A stretch of 64,000 bases of DNA from Vermamoeba vermiformis (Eukaryota), in contig JBEWZL010000270.1 in the NCBI GenBank assembly GCA_045837725.1, positions 186,001-250,000 of the forward strand, read 5' to 3'. Made by a program: the position numbers and the translations under genes. Positions 1 to 13,700 of this stretch are shown here, piece by piece; the first letter of the stretch is position 1, and the number at the start of each line of letters is the position of its first letter. Under the pieces are notes generated by a model. That model ran no database searches. It was not told the origin of the DNA and worked only from the letters and a program-made list of their open reading frames with translations.

Positions 1-3000
1 TTGTTCTTGCGTCTTTTTTCTTCGGCTCTTGTTCCACTTGAAAAGAGCTTCGTTTAAATCTGTGCCAAAGAGTAACATACGATTATTACCAAATAAGGAA
101 ACGCAAAATACGTTTTGGACGTACCTGTCAAGTCCACTTTTATCGATAGGCGCCAAGATCCGCCTAAATGTTCCACGAAGTCTACGCCAAAATGATATCC
201 AAGTGCGGCTATTGCACACAAGTATTCAGGCTCAGCGTCATATTTATCGAGAATTTTACGGACAGCCGAGTGTGTCACAGCTTGAAAAGTCTTGCGCGGA
301 CTGTACTTCAAAAACCGCTTGATAAGATTGTAGACCTAGTTAAGTTCGCATAAGTCATATTTAGAGCTTGCGTAATATCAATAGTGATATTAACTTACCA
401 TTTGCAAGTTTTTCATTTTAGCGAATTCCGTCGTTGAAAAATTAAAGGCAAAGTCCAACGAGTGTTCCATTAGATTCGTGAGCGTTTCTTTAGAGCACTC
501 GATAAAACCAACAACCTATTTATAATATAATATTAATATCAATGATGTGGAAATAATGATTTGTACGTACCAGTGAATGAAATTTGTACAACATTGCGTG
601 AAATTTTTCATTCTTAAGGCGAAAAACCTGCTGTTCCGACGCTCGCAAACAAATAATGCTTATTACTTCAATGTAACGTTCTTTGTCTTCTTCAGACAAC
701 AACGGCGCTAACTTCTCGTACAAGTCAGCGACTGCTTGGTACAACGACAGGTCGATACATTTGCAGCGAAGGAAGCCAAACAACACACGTAACGCTTGTT
801 GCGTGTGCCTGATGGAAAAATTTTCGTTGTCTTGGTTGAAGATCTCAATCAATCTCTTTGCAGCCTGCAAATTTGTCTCTTCATGCGCAAGCTATAATAA
901 AAAAATAACGAATAAATAACAATTATTTAACGGATCTTATTCTTAATTCGGTAATGTCAAATTATTATTATTAATGTTACCTGCATCAATTCTTCATAAC
1001 TATATTCCCATTCGGTATCGCTCGTGGGATTGAATTGCACAATGTCCGGATGATACTGCGTATATTTTACAGCCGTCTTCTTCATGCCTCGATATCCCGA
1101 TCCTATATTCTTTTCAGGATCGTACTCGACTTTTCTTGGCTCTGGATTTTTGAACGTGAAAATTTCGTCCGTTTGATTTTTGGTCGGTTTTTCAAGCTTA
1201 TTGTACGCTGCAACTGCGTTTTTGTATTCTTCTAAAGTCAGCGGAATGTATTTAGGCCAGCGGGAAGTATACCATGCGTAAGTCATGTCGTATTGTTGTT
1301 GCTCCATAATTTCGCTCTGGCCGAACGAATGAATGTCGGCTGGAATGACTTTCAACAAATCATCGATCATTTGTTCAAGCTTTTTCGGGTCTTTTTTCAT
1401 CACTTTGTAGCACGCCTCGCCAAACAGTGCTTGGAACTCAGGCATGTCTACGTCAAACCCAATCGATTTGTCCATCACTTTCTCGACCAGTCGTTCAATT
1501 GTAGGCTCAAATTCTTCACCGATAGCATATTTACCTATCAATACGGATTAATAATTACATATTACATTTAGGATAAAATTCTTACCGAGAAGGGCGTACT
1601 GGTACAAAATTTGAGGCTTCGTTATCAACGGAATTTTCTTCTCGTTAGTGTATGGTCTGTAACGCTTAACTTTTGACGCAGCAAGTTTCACAATAGCGTC
1701 TTCGTAGAGTGGCAGATACTAAGCGCATATTAGATAAGGTATTAAAAATAACTAATAGACTTCGCTTACTTTCTTCATTCGAGTGCCAAATGTTGCTCCG
1801 AGCTGGCCAAATTCTTCCCATAATTTCCAACCACGAGGTTGATGAGTATATTTGTTGAAAATTTTACGGTGTTGTGATAATAGATCCAAAATATTCTTGT
1901 TCACTTGATCAAATCGTTCGTCATCGATAAACTCGGCAACGTTGACCCCTTTCAATAGCTCAACAATAGCTTCGATAAAATATAATCTACGAACGTACGT
2001 ATAAGCGATATAATATAATTATAGGATAGAGGATGAATAATAGTTCTTACCCGCTTCGAGGTTTTGCCGCAATGCCTCTGTTGAGAATATCAAACACTTC
2101 TAATTTCTGTTTTTCATCGATCAAATCAGCCAATTCATCTGTAACGATGACACGTGCAAGTATAACATATGCGTTGAATACTAATCGATCGTGGCCGCTG
2201 GCTTCAGCTTCAATTGCCATACTGAAGCAAAAAATTTTAACTTAGTATTCCGTAACAAAGGTTTAAGTCAAATATAGACCATGGTTTACCTTATTAAATC
2301 GTCCACGTGATCATCGGACAATCGTCGAATGATATCAGTCAGCTCCAATGCGAACGCTTTCCGGTCCAAATCTTCCGTGTCTTCAAAGTACTGCACAACA
2401 AGATCAAGCAGCGGATCGGACAGCTCTAAAATATTGATTATAAGCGAATATAATTATGGCACTGGTAATATTTTTTACCGAACGGATCGTCAGTGTCGAT
2501 CAGGCAATGCACCAGTCGAGTTTTCCGCGGATGAAGTTTTCCTCGTTGTGGAAATCTCATTATATCACAGGGAATATTCTCTTTTTCTTCGAGATCTTCT
2601 TCGCTCTCGCTTTGTTCGGGATAATTCTGCGGAAAATTGATCCATTCAGCTGGTTTGTAGTCTTCGTCTCCGAAGTCGCTTTCATTCGATTGTTCCCAAT
2701 CATATTCTTCAACGAACTTAAAGCTCTCAATGATCTCATTGACGATTCGTTTGAACATTGCGTAGACTTCGTCTCTATCCTTCGTTTGTTTGTAGAAAGG
2801 CACCCAAAGCTGGCAGATCTGCATCAACATTTTGTCTCTCAGCCGGGGCTGGTACTTCACTAGCTCATAAACAGTGAATGCGCGGTAGATAAATCTATTA
2901 CATTGATCGTGTTAGATAGATGACAACATTGACGTTTGACGTGTACAAGTACTTACATTTCTTCTCTTGCCTGGGTAAAATAAGGTCCTTTGTTGTTCGA

Positions 3001-4111
3001 GTACATCAACCACGCGCATTGTTTGACTCGCTTGTGCATTCCGTATTCAATAAACAACGGCAAAAGTTCAATAACGAACGCAGTTGTAATTCGAAGTAGT
3101 CTACGTGGTCTGTTGAAGATGTATTCATCTTGTGATACATCATTCAATAAGTGCATTATGCTTTTTGTATACGCATCGATATCATTTTCATCGAGTCTGG
3201 AATATTCTACGCTTGCGCTCTCATCGTCGTCTTGATCGTCATCTTGATCGTCCTCGTTTTCACCTTCTTGGTCTTCTGAATCAATATTTTCGCCTTCTGA
3301 TTGTTCTTTTTCATCGCTTTTTCCCTCGTGTTCTTCATCGCTCATTTCGTCTTCGATGTTGCTATTGTCCGACTTTGGCTCGTTCTGTGCGGCCAATTTT
3401 TTGGCTGCAGCTTCTTCAGCAGAGCTCTCTGTATGCCAGCTATCGTATCTTCCTCTAATATAATCTTCGTGTCGCTTTTCGATTGCATAATGGCCGTCGA
3501 GAGCCTTGATCATATTTTGGATCGTGTGTCTGAAAGTTCAAGTTTAGTCTTTTAATCCAGTTTTACTATTATTAATACCTTAGTTTAAAATAGCGCTTCC
3601 AATCGATGTGCTTATTGTTGCCGTCTAAAGCCAACATGATTAGCGAAGTAACAAATTCACGATCGACGTACCTGAAAAGGTCGGAAGCAAGTACTCTGTT
3701 GGATCGAACTCTACAACTCCTTGTGTATTAGTTACTTTCAATGGAACAACATTAGGGCCGAAGGTTGCGATCGCCATAGACTTCCAGAAGTTTTGGAGCT
3801 TTGTAACGGCATTGAAACGACGACAAAGCGAACAAAATCGTGCTAAAATAATGGAATTAATTAATGTAATGCTTAAACCGTGTTATAAACGCAATAGAAA
3901 AATTCTGTAGATTTTTGCGGATTTTTTTTGATCAGATCGACTTACCCAGTTCTGAATAATCGGTCGAAACGAATATATTCTGAATTATTTCATCACTTAA
4001 TCTATCAAATAAATTTGCTTTGTCTTCAATTTTCTGTTTTTTCGTTGTTCGCGGATTCGGATCTTTTCTTCCCGTCTCCGTCGCTTTCCTCTTGCCTTGC
4101 CCACGTGGCAT
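1..4111 (-). CDS. Large multi-exon F-box-like protein, paralog 1 (3' end runs off the window)
   Basis: Starts MPRGQGKRKAT..TKKQK (NLS-like), then LFDRLSDEIIQNIF..RFCSLCRRFNAVTKLQNFWKS (F-box-like, split by a GTAAGT intron). It has an acidic tract, and its exons are collinear with the paralogs at 4256-8223 and 10752-14892. Confidence 0.7.
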
Positions 4112-4255
4112 TGAGTATTGAATCAAAAAATTCCTTGTCTTATTGTTGCATTTAATTCAGAGCAAAAAAAGACGATGACGGTCGTAAAAAGCTTATTACA
4201 CACGTGGTAACGCTTGCTGGGATCTCCCGGCTGTTTCCTTATACAAGATGTACTT

Positions 4256-7200
4256 CTACAAGTTGTCAATATCGAACATATCTTTCGTCGATGTCCATTT
4301 CTTGACTCGTTCATTGAGTGATTTGATTTTTGTGTCGAACTTGTCGTTCTTGATTGCACTCAAAAATATCTTCTCGTCGAACAAGACGGAGTTGTACACG
4401 CACAAATGTTTCAGTTCTTCGTTAATAGAGCACGCTGCCAAGAGCACTACAAATCTCTCAACGTCAGCAATTTGTTCTTCTGTTGTGGTCTTGTTGCTCT
4501 CTAACCAATTGACGCAAGCAACATGTAACTCTAAAATAATAAAATTAGTTAGTAGAACCAATTTAAGTTTTTTGAAATTGCGTCAAATAAATTCAAAACG
4601 GATGCAATATTATACCTGCTAAGAAGTTTTGGCGCAGTTTTGTACTCGGTAGTAAAGTCTTAACATAATACACTCCAAACTGATATCCGAGCACTGCAAC
4701 AGTACAATAATATTCCGCTTTACTATTGCTCGCCATCTTGCTGATTTGTGCGTGACGACATGCTCGGTATACTTTGCGAGGACTATATTTCAATAGACGC
4801 TTGAGGAGGGTCAAGAACTTCAATTGAAACGTCAGTGTTTGTCAATTGTATGCATAAAAGCTTACCGGAAAAGGATACTTCCTTTGCACATGCTTGAAAG
4901 CGGCAATTTTTCGAGCGTATTTAAATGAGCGTTCAATTATAGTTGTGCTTGTAGTCGGTGATGAATGTTCTATGAAATTAATCGTCTGCGATATCTTAGT
5001 TAATATTGTGTGTATTCATATTAACGAAGATAGACTAGGTTTTTTGCAACAACGATAATCTCATTAATGTTACAATATTGGCTTACCATCCCATGAATTT
5101 TTTGAAATGGCTTGAGTAATCTGTCGCGATTGTCTTCTACCTCCAAGAGACTAGACATTCGATCAATAACGAAGCTCAAAACTTCGAGGTATTTCTTTTT
5201 GTCTTCTTCGGATAATGTTGGCGATATCTTCTCGTACAATTCAATCACTGTTTCATAAAATGACGGCTCGCGTGTTCGAGCTCTAATAAACCCTATTAAA
5301 GTCCAGAGCAGATTTTGAATTTGCAACGCTGATAGCTTATCTCCGTGTTCTTTGTAAATTTTAATCAATTGTTTTGCAGATGCAAGATTTGCGTACTGAC
5401 CAAATATACACATTAGTTTTATCATTATCACAAATAGTCGTTAAATTACCTCGTTGTAAGATGACTTGTCGTAACCTCTTTCGTTCAGTAGGTCGGATTC
5501 GGTACTGTCGTGAGTCGCGTCAACTAAATTAGTGTTCGACTGAAATGAAAAAATCTCCTGTTCTTTTAGCTTCTTCGATGATTGCTGGTATTTTTTGATT
5601 GCGCTTTTGTATTCGTTGAGCGTTAAAGGAATAAAACCGGGACAGGTGTCGTGCTCAAAATAATCCGTGCCAGGAACACTGAATTGTCCGGACTGTAGTA
5701 AGTCTTTTGAAATATGAGCCAGCCAAGTATCGAAAACCTTCAAAAGTACAGCTTGATTCTTTTTGATGACTTCAATGTACACGTCACCAAACTGCATTTG
5801 AAATTCGAGAATGTTGACTTCAAAACCGATCGATTTGTCCAATACACTCTCTACGAGTTGTTCAATTTCAGGTTTGAATTCATTCTCTCCAAGTACTTTA
5901 TTTCCTATCCCGATTGAAGAATCAATAAGTGTGCTAAATTTGGTTCGTTATTCTTGAAAAGCATACCCAATACTGCGTACTGATGAAGAATTTCAGTAGC
6001 AGTTACAAATGGCTCCAATTCATAATGCTCGTATTGGCGATGCTGTTTAACTGCTGACCCTGCAAGCTTGATAATGGCCTCTTTAAACAACGGCAAGTAC
6101 TGGCAAACAGTCAGATATTCGATCGATCAATCAAGAAAAATACTCACTTGTTTGATACGGAGCCCAAATCGTTCGCCAAAAAAAGAAAAATTGGACCAAT
6201 AAACTCGTCCGTTACTGGTGTTAGCATTGGTGAATATATCTAACGGCTGTGCTAACAAATGCAATGTGTTTTTGATGAACTGATCAAGTCTGTTATCGTC
6301 GACACTGTCCGTTCTATTGTGTGCTAGATTCAAAATGGCGGTGATGAGGTGCAACCTAAAAGCAGTTCAACAATCAGATTTGGCGAAGAATACAATATAT
6401 TGACGTACCCGCTTTTAGGTCGAGCCACGATTCCTTGATTAAGCACATCAAAAATTTGGCTGAATTGTTCGTGAGAGATGTTAAGAGTCAAATCTTCTTC
6501 AATTATTTTCCACAAGATAACGTGGCCGTTAAAAATTAATCGCTCGTATTTGCTTGAAATCGCTTCACAAGCCATCCTTGAAAATCAAAACTTAATACCG
6601 TATCAATCTTAATAATTATTTACCTTATCAAATCTGTGACATGCTTATCAGAAATCTTGTTGAAGAAGTTATATAATTCTAACGCGAACGCTTTGGCCAA
6701 GAAGTTGTCATTTTGCTCGAAGTAGGTTTTCATCGTTTGTATCAGGATTTCTTCGAGGTCTAGCAAGGATTAGAATATTTCTTACATATATACTACTATA
6801 CTGCTTACTGAAATTATCCCATGCTACAAGTTCTTCAACCGTGCAATACCTTTCTTGCAGTTTTGGTACGACGAAAGCTGAAATGTCACAAAAAATGTCT
6901 TCCGAATCATCTTCACTTTCACTATTCGTGCTGTATTCAAGCGAGCTTTCATCCAATTCGTTGTCTTTGCCATTCTTGGTTCTTTCTTCAGAAACCAGAT
7001 AGACTTGTATAGTCTCCGTAATTATCCGTCGAAATACCGATTGAACTTCCTCTCGATCAGTAGCCTCCTCGTAAAATTTACGCCATTGGTTGTAAATCTT
7101 TTGCAATATTCGTTCTCTAAGACGTTGGTACTCCACTATTAAGTCATAAACTCTGAAGAATTCTTGATTGAGGCGTCTATTACAACTAATAAGAACTCTT

Positions 7201-8223
7201 CTAATAGTTGATAGCTCAAAAGTATCTTACATTTTAGGGCCAAAGTAAGGATCTGGCCTTCCGTCAGTTTTGCATACGCACTTGACACATTGCTGGACTC
7301 TGTCGTGCATTTCTGCTTCAATGAACAACGGCAGAGCTTCCAAAATAAACCTTATCAAGGCGGCACTAAACCCAAATGCCGATCGTAAGAGGGTCTTCTC
7401 ATCTCTGCCACTACGTGATCTAAAAATGAAATAATGGTTTCTAAGTACGCATCTCTCGGAAAGCGAACAAAATCTTTGCCGATGTTTTTGAGTTGCTTTT
7501 CGGAATCGATATCGGAGTCAACCGAACTAAAATCCAATTTTCTGCCTATGCAAGCGTTCTCTTCTTTTCTCAAGCTGTGCTCTTCAATGATATCCGACAA
7601 ATATTCAATGCCAATTCTGAGTTATTAATTAGCTTATTCTCCATAATTACTAACACAATGCTCGCGTCAATACCTTAAGTTAGTGTAGCGCTTCCAATCT
7701 ATCCGCTTATTTTCTCCGTCTGATGCATAATTAGCTTTGAAATAAACCTATCGACAGATATGATTTCGAATGCAACGTACCTAAAAAAGTTGGAAGAAGA
7801 CATTTTACACCATCGAACGTTATGAGTTCATCAATATTGACTATGTGCAGCGGAGCGATATTGGAGCCAAACAAAGCGATCGCCATTGACTTCCAGAAGT
7901 TCTGATGGTTGGTTATCCCATTGAAACGATGGCAAACCAAACAAAATCGTTCTAAATATATACAGTTAAATATAAGCAATTATAAATGGTCGATATAAGC
8001 CGCAGTAATTTTTAGAGATTTATTATTGATTTTCGAAGCTGATCGACTTACCAACATTTGAAAAACCGGCTGAAATGATTATATTTTGCACTAACTCGGC
8101 ACTTAGAGCTTCAAACAAATTTTCTCCGTTGTTATTTGGCTGATCGGATTTTTGCTTTTTTGTTTTTCGTGGATTCAAGCCTTGCCCAGCTTCAGTAGCC
8201 TTCCTTTTGGCTCCGCTAAGCAT
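4256..8223 (-). pseudogene. F-box-like paralog 2, apparent frameshift (pseudogene or sequence error)
   Basis: Same exon series as paralogs 1 and 3. Near 7350-7400 the homologous frame (ETIISFLD..) hits TGA TAA, while the next homologous block (FILEALPLFIEAEMHDRVQQCV) lies in another frame. No plausible intron was seen. Confidence 0.5.
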
Positions 8224-8375
8224 TGTTTTTCATATTAATATTAATAAAATGTTTCGTTGTGGTGCTAAACTCAATTCAAACTAAAAGAGTTTGTTTTTTT
8301 TTGTGTACAAAGAACGGATCCGTTCTTGGCAGATTGAGCGGGCTCATTAAATAGTTATTCAATTGAAAGATTTAT

Positions 8376-10617
8376 TTATTTCTTCAGTGCAGTAAGGAGT
8401 TCATTCGAAAAATCGATGTTGACCCCCGGATGTCGCAGCTGCTTGAAAATCATTGACCAAACTTCAAGAGGCGCTACGTCTTCAAACGCTTCTAATCGCA
8501 GCTTCATCATGTTAATTAACGAGTAAGTCAGCCTGACGAACTCTTGTTGCTTTCGCTTGTTTTCGGCCACCATGTCAATGACCTTCTTTTTAATCTCGCC
8601 AACGGATTGAATCTGATTTAAGGCACGATTCTCGTTAAGGACGGTCGTAAGTTCGGAGTAGACATAGTTCGAGGTGAAAGCCGGACCAGGAAGTACGAGA
8701 TCCAGATGTGTCAAAGTGTCATTGTTCTTCAACTTCGCTATCATATTATCTGCCGCGACCTTGTCTACCGTTGTTGGTAACTTTATCGATCTGAGCGATG
8801 AATTCGCCCCAAATACACTGCCAAAACTGCTGTAGTAATCCTCGGTGATGAAGTCATGCGGCATCACGATTGCCAATTCTTCCAAAGCGTTGTTGAGTAC
8901 CAATCCTTGACACAATAATTGCGCGGAATTTTGCGGCAACAGAATCTTCAAGCCTTTCAGTGAACGGTTGTTCGTGAGTGCAACGGAGATCGCATCGATT
9001 TCCTCAGCGCTTAATGGCATCACTAGCGATAACTTCGTGAGCACTGTGTTGACACTCAAAATGGCGAAAATGACGGGAAACAGATCTTTCGAGGACTCTA
9101 AGTGCAGCTCTTTCAACGTCTCGCTCGATTTGGCCGCAAGGAGTAGGCTTGTAGGAACTTCTTTCATTCCTTTGAGGTCCAAGCGAGTCAAGTATGATAT
9201 TTTCATATTTTGATCGTTGGGAAATCTAGGGAATTCAGTGTTGGCCAATCGGAGATCAGTAATGTGCTGACCGCTGTAAATGATGTCCCAGATCCGTTTG
9301 GGTAATTTGATCTTGTCCACGTCGAGTGTCTTAATGTTGTGATTATCATACGCTGCTTCAATGAACACTTCTGAGTCCGCACAAACAGCTTCTGCAATCT
9401 TGACACTTCGTACTTTAGAAAATCTGACCACATCCGCCATTTGACCGATTGCTGCATCTTCTATTTGGACCATCTTCATTTCCAAATCAATAATTCGAGG
9501 GTTTTCACGTAAAACTTCGAGGAGCTGCGGAGTTGTAAGGATTGAGTGCCAAGTTCCGTTCAAAATTAGTCTCGTTATCGTGTCGTGGCCGGCGATGCCT
9601 TCACAAATATTCTTCCAAGCGCTAATTGTCAAACCAGACTTTAGTTCTATAGTTCGTAACGTTTGATTTGTTCGAAGAGCGTGGGCCCAGTGATGGTTGA
9701 TAGGATCGTCTTTCTTGAGGACCAGATCCTTGACGCCAACCAAAATGAATTTATTGTCGCTTTTGGCAAATTCATTTGCTTGTTCCTTATTATATGCTAC
9801 GTAAACCTGCCATATAAAAAGTTAATAGGAGACAACATGCAATGTTAATAAAAATCGCATTACCGGATCGCGAAAAATTGTCAAGCGTTTAATGCTATTA
9901 GCCGACTCAAATGTTGACTTAAGTTGTTGTAATTGCGATTCTGTTAAGCTGTCGCGTGAGACTTCTATTTCTGACAGTTTTGGGGCGTCATTCAGTGATT
10001 GACACAAAACGTCAAAACTGTTCGGTTGAATTGTCCAGTGATCAAATCTTACTGATTCTATATGAGAAGATTTAATAATGTTACTTATGAATCCAATGTT
10101 TTCCTCATTAATGTTGATCGAGTGCAAGCGAAGTTCCGAAACGGATTTGTTTTTGGCCATCCCTTCTGAAATTGTTGTCCAATCCGCCGTTCTGAACTTG
10201 GATTCGGATAAATCGATAGAGCATATAGTCGTAGTTGATTGCAATAGTTTTTTCAGCTTTTTGTGGTCCAGATCCTCGGGCATGGGAATTGTTAGGTCGA
10301 TCTGACAAGTTTTTTCCAACAAAAAATCACCAGAAGAGTCTAATTAAGTTAGTTAATGCGACGAATAATTCAAAATATTACCTTTTTTGCCCTTCGAGGT
10401 CCCCTTGTCCAAAATCAGTAATGCAAACAACGGATTTCGAAGCATTGTGGTGTGTTGTCAATAACTTCTTAATTTTTCGACTGCTAGGAATTGAGTGTTC
10501 GTCAATGTAATTAATGCCTACAAAAATGCGAACGGTGATTCAAAAAACCGAACTGTGTGATTTTTGAGGACGAATTGGAATTTTTGGGGTTGCTAAAATA
10601 TCTCCTTGTTCTTGCAT
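8376..10617 (-). CDS. Leucine-rich repeat (RNI-like) protein with a C-terminal F-box-like helix
   Basis: Repeated 'L..N.TL..L.L' units (LRTNQTLRTIEL, LSVNTVLTKLSL, LKNNDTLTHLDL). Exons reconstructed from ATG 10617. C-terminus reads APLEVWSMIFKQL. Confidence 0.75.
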
Positions 10618-10751
10618 ATTTAATAATAATAAGCAACCTAATACCTTGAAGGCTATTTTACCTATACAAGTATAAAGTATTATGACAGTTCATTAATCAG
10701 TTTATCAACACGTACGCGCCGTAAAATAACGCCTGTAAGCCATCCCTACTT

Positions 10752-13700
10752 CTACAAGCTATCAATGTCGAACATATCCTTCATCGATGTCCATTTCTTG
10801 ACTCGTTCATTGAGTGATTTGATTTTTGTGTCGAACTTGTCGTTCTTGATTGCACTCAAAAACATGTTCGAGTCGAACAAGACTGAGTTGTACATGCACA
10901 AATGTTTCAGTTCTTCGTTAATAGAGCACGCTGATAACAGCACGATAAATCTCTCAACATCCGCAATTTGTTCTAAGGCTTGTTCTTCTGAATTGTTCTG
11001 GTTGCTCTCTAACCAATTGACGCACGCCGTATGTAACGCTAAGATAATAATGAGACATAATTTTCGAAAGTTTAGGGTTCGTTGTCATACCTGCCAAATT
11101 AGTCTTCTGAGGTTCGCATACCCAACTTGCGTGCCAATTCTGAACATAATCTACTCCAAAGTGACGACCAAGTACTGCAATTACACAAATATCGTCGCTG
11201 CCGTCATACCGATTCACCATCCTCTTGATTTGAGCGTTGCGACACGCTTGGTACATTTTGCGTGGACTATATTTCAACAATCGCTTGACGAGGGAATAGA
11301 ACTGATTCGATGTTAGTATTTGGGCCTAAACTGAGAAATTTCAGAGACATACCGAATATTGATACTTCTTTGGCAAGTTTTCTTGTAGAGACAGCTGTCG
11401 CGTAAAATTGAGGGAATATTCGATCAAGTTGGTTGTTGTGGTCGTGGAGCACTCAACGAAATCAACGACCTAAGGACCAAATATAAGCAATTGGCCAAAT
11501 CGTTAGACATACACTTACCATTCTATGTATTCTTAAGAACATGTCAATAAACGCTTCGTCGTGGGGCCTGTCCGTCTCCACTCTGCTATGTTGTCGACTA
11601 TACAACAGGTCTTGAATAGTGAAGCAGAACACTTCGATGTAATTCTCTTTGTCTTGCTCCGATAACAGCGGCGATAACCTCTCGTACAATTTGATCGCTG
11701 TCTCGTAAAAACTGAGATCGTAGATTTCAGCTCTAATGAATCCGAGCAGCTTGCGTAAAAAATGCTGAATTACGCCAAGAGAAAACTTCTCCGGATAATC
11801 TTGATAAATCTTAACTAACCGCTTCATAGCGTTCATGTTAACCTCCTTTTCGGCTTGCTATTTACAGCTGTTAAATATTGACCCATCAATAATAAAAAAA
11901 TCAACGAAACTTACGATTGTCATTTCATCTGCGCAATGATCTATCTCTCTGTCATTATACGGGTTGAATTGGACTATCTCCGGGTGATATTGCGTGTACT
12001 TAAATCCACTCTTTGGTATTCCGCCATATCCTGATCCAACGCGACGATCCTCGTCAATTTCGTAAATCCGCGGTGCTGCATCCGCGAACTGAAATATTTC
12101 TTCAATAGCTTTCTCCGGGTTTGCTTGGATTTTGCGATACTGCTCAACAGCTTCTTTATACTCGTGCAAGGTCAAGGGAATGAAAGGGACGCATTCTGTA
12201 GGATAGATATTCTCGCCATGACGACGACTCTCGCCAAATCGTTCAAAGTGAGAAGGCACGACTTTGATCAAACTATCAATTAACTCCAAAATCTTCCCGC
12301 CATTAATCATAGCTCGATAACACGCTTCATCGAACAGCGCTTGAAATTCAGCCAAGTTGATTTCAAATCCGATGGACTTGTCTAATACTTTGGCCACTAA
12401 GCGATCAATCTCCGGTTCAAATTCTTCGCCAATTGCATTTTTTCCTATGCAAAATATAATTTAACGCCAATACACCTTTTTTCAAAATAATTTACCAACT
12501 TACCTAGACGAGCGTACTGGTGCAATATCCTAGTGTTAGGTACCAAGGGTTTTGGTCTTGCAAAAAAAATGCTGTCTCTTATCTTCGAACCAGCAAGCTT
12601 GATAATAGCGTCGCCGTACCTCGGTAAATACTAAACAAGCGTTAAGTAGTGCAAACATTAATATATGAACTTAAGTTGAACGACATACTTTTTTCAAGCG
12701 AGCACCGAACAGCGTTCCAAGTTCACAAAAGTTTTTCCACAAATTTTGCTGGCCTTGAGTTTCCATATTGAATATTTGCATAGGTTGTGCTAGCAGCTGC
12801 AAGATGTTTTCGTTCAGTCGATCGAGACGATCGTCATCGATCCATTGTGGCTTCTTTACCAAGTCCATAATTATGATAATGAAGAATAATCTAAACCAGA
12901 GACCACATTATACCAGCATTTCTTTAGTTTTGAGAGGTAAAATTAACGTACCCGCCCGGAGGTCTAGCCACGATTCCTTCGCTAAACATGTCAAAAATCT
13001 TCAAGACTTGCTCTTGACTAAATTCCTCGGCCCACGCTTCTCTCGTAATTTTGCAAAGTATTACGTATCCCGCATGCACTAACCCTTCGTAACTGGTTGA
13101 AACAGCCTCCTGTGCCATTCTTCACCGCGGTTAAACTTAGTAGAACTTAATATTTAGTTAATCAATTACCTTATCAACATATCTGCATGCTTTTCTGGAA
13201 TTCTGGCACAAAAATCGACCAATTGCAATGCAAACGCTTTGGCCTCAAAGTCATCGCTGCCGTCGAAGTGTTTCTGCATCATTTCAAACACAAAATCCTC
13301 GAGCTCTGCGGCAATTTCGTTAGATATAACCATATAACGGCAATCAATACTAACCTTGGTCCTCCTTGCCAACCATGCAATCCACCATGAGATATTTCTT
13401 TGACTTACGTTGGTGAGAAAAGTCGGAAATGTCGTAAGTAATTTCTTCTTCGTTGTCGTCATCGGATTCAACACCATCTTCTGTAGCCCGTTTATAATCT
13501 GAGTTTCCAAAATCGAACGGATCATAATCGGAATCTTCATCGTCGTTTTCCTTCGTTCCATTTAAATAGAATTCGACTATTTCGGTCACTAGTCGTTTTA
13601 CCAAAGATTGCACTTCGCTCTTGGGAGCCTTTTTAGCGTATCTATTCAAAAAACTGTTTACGCGTAACATCATGTCTACTCTGAATCGTCGATTGTACTT

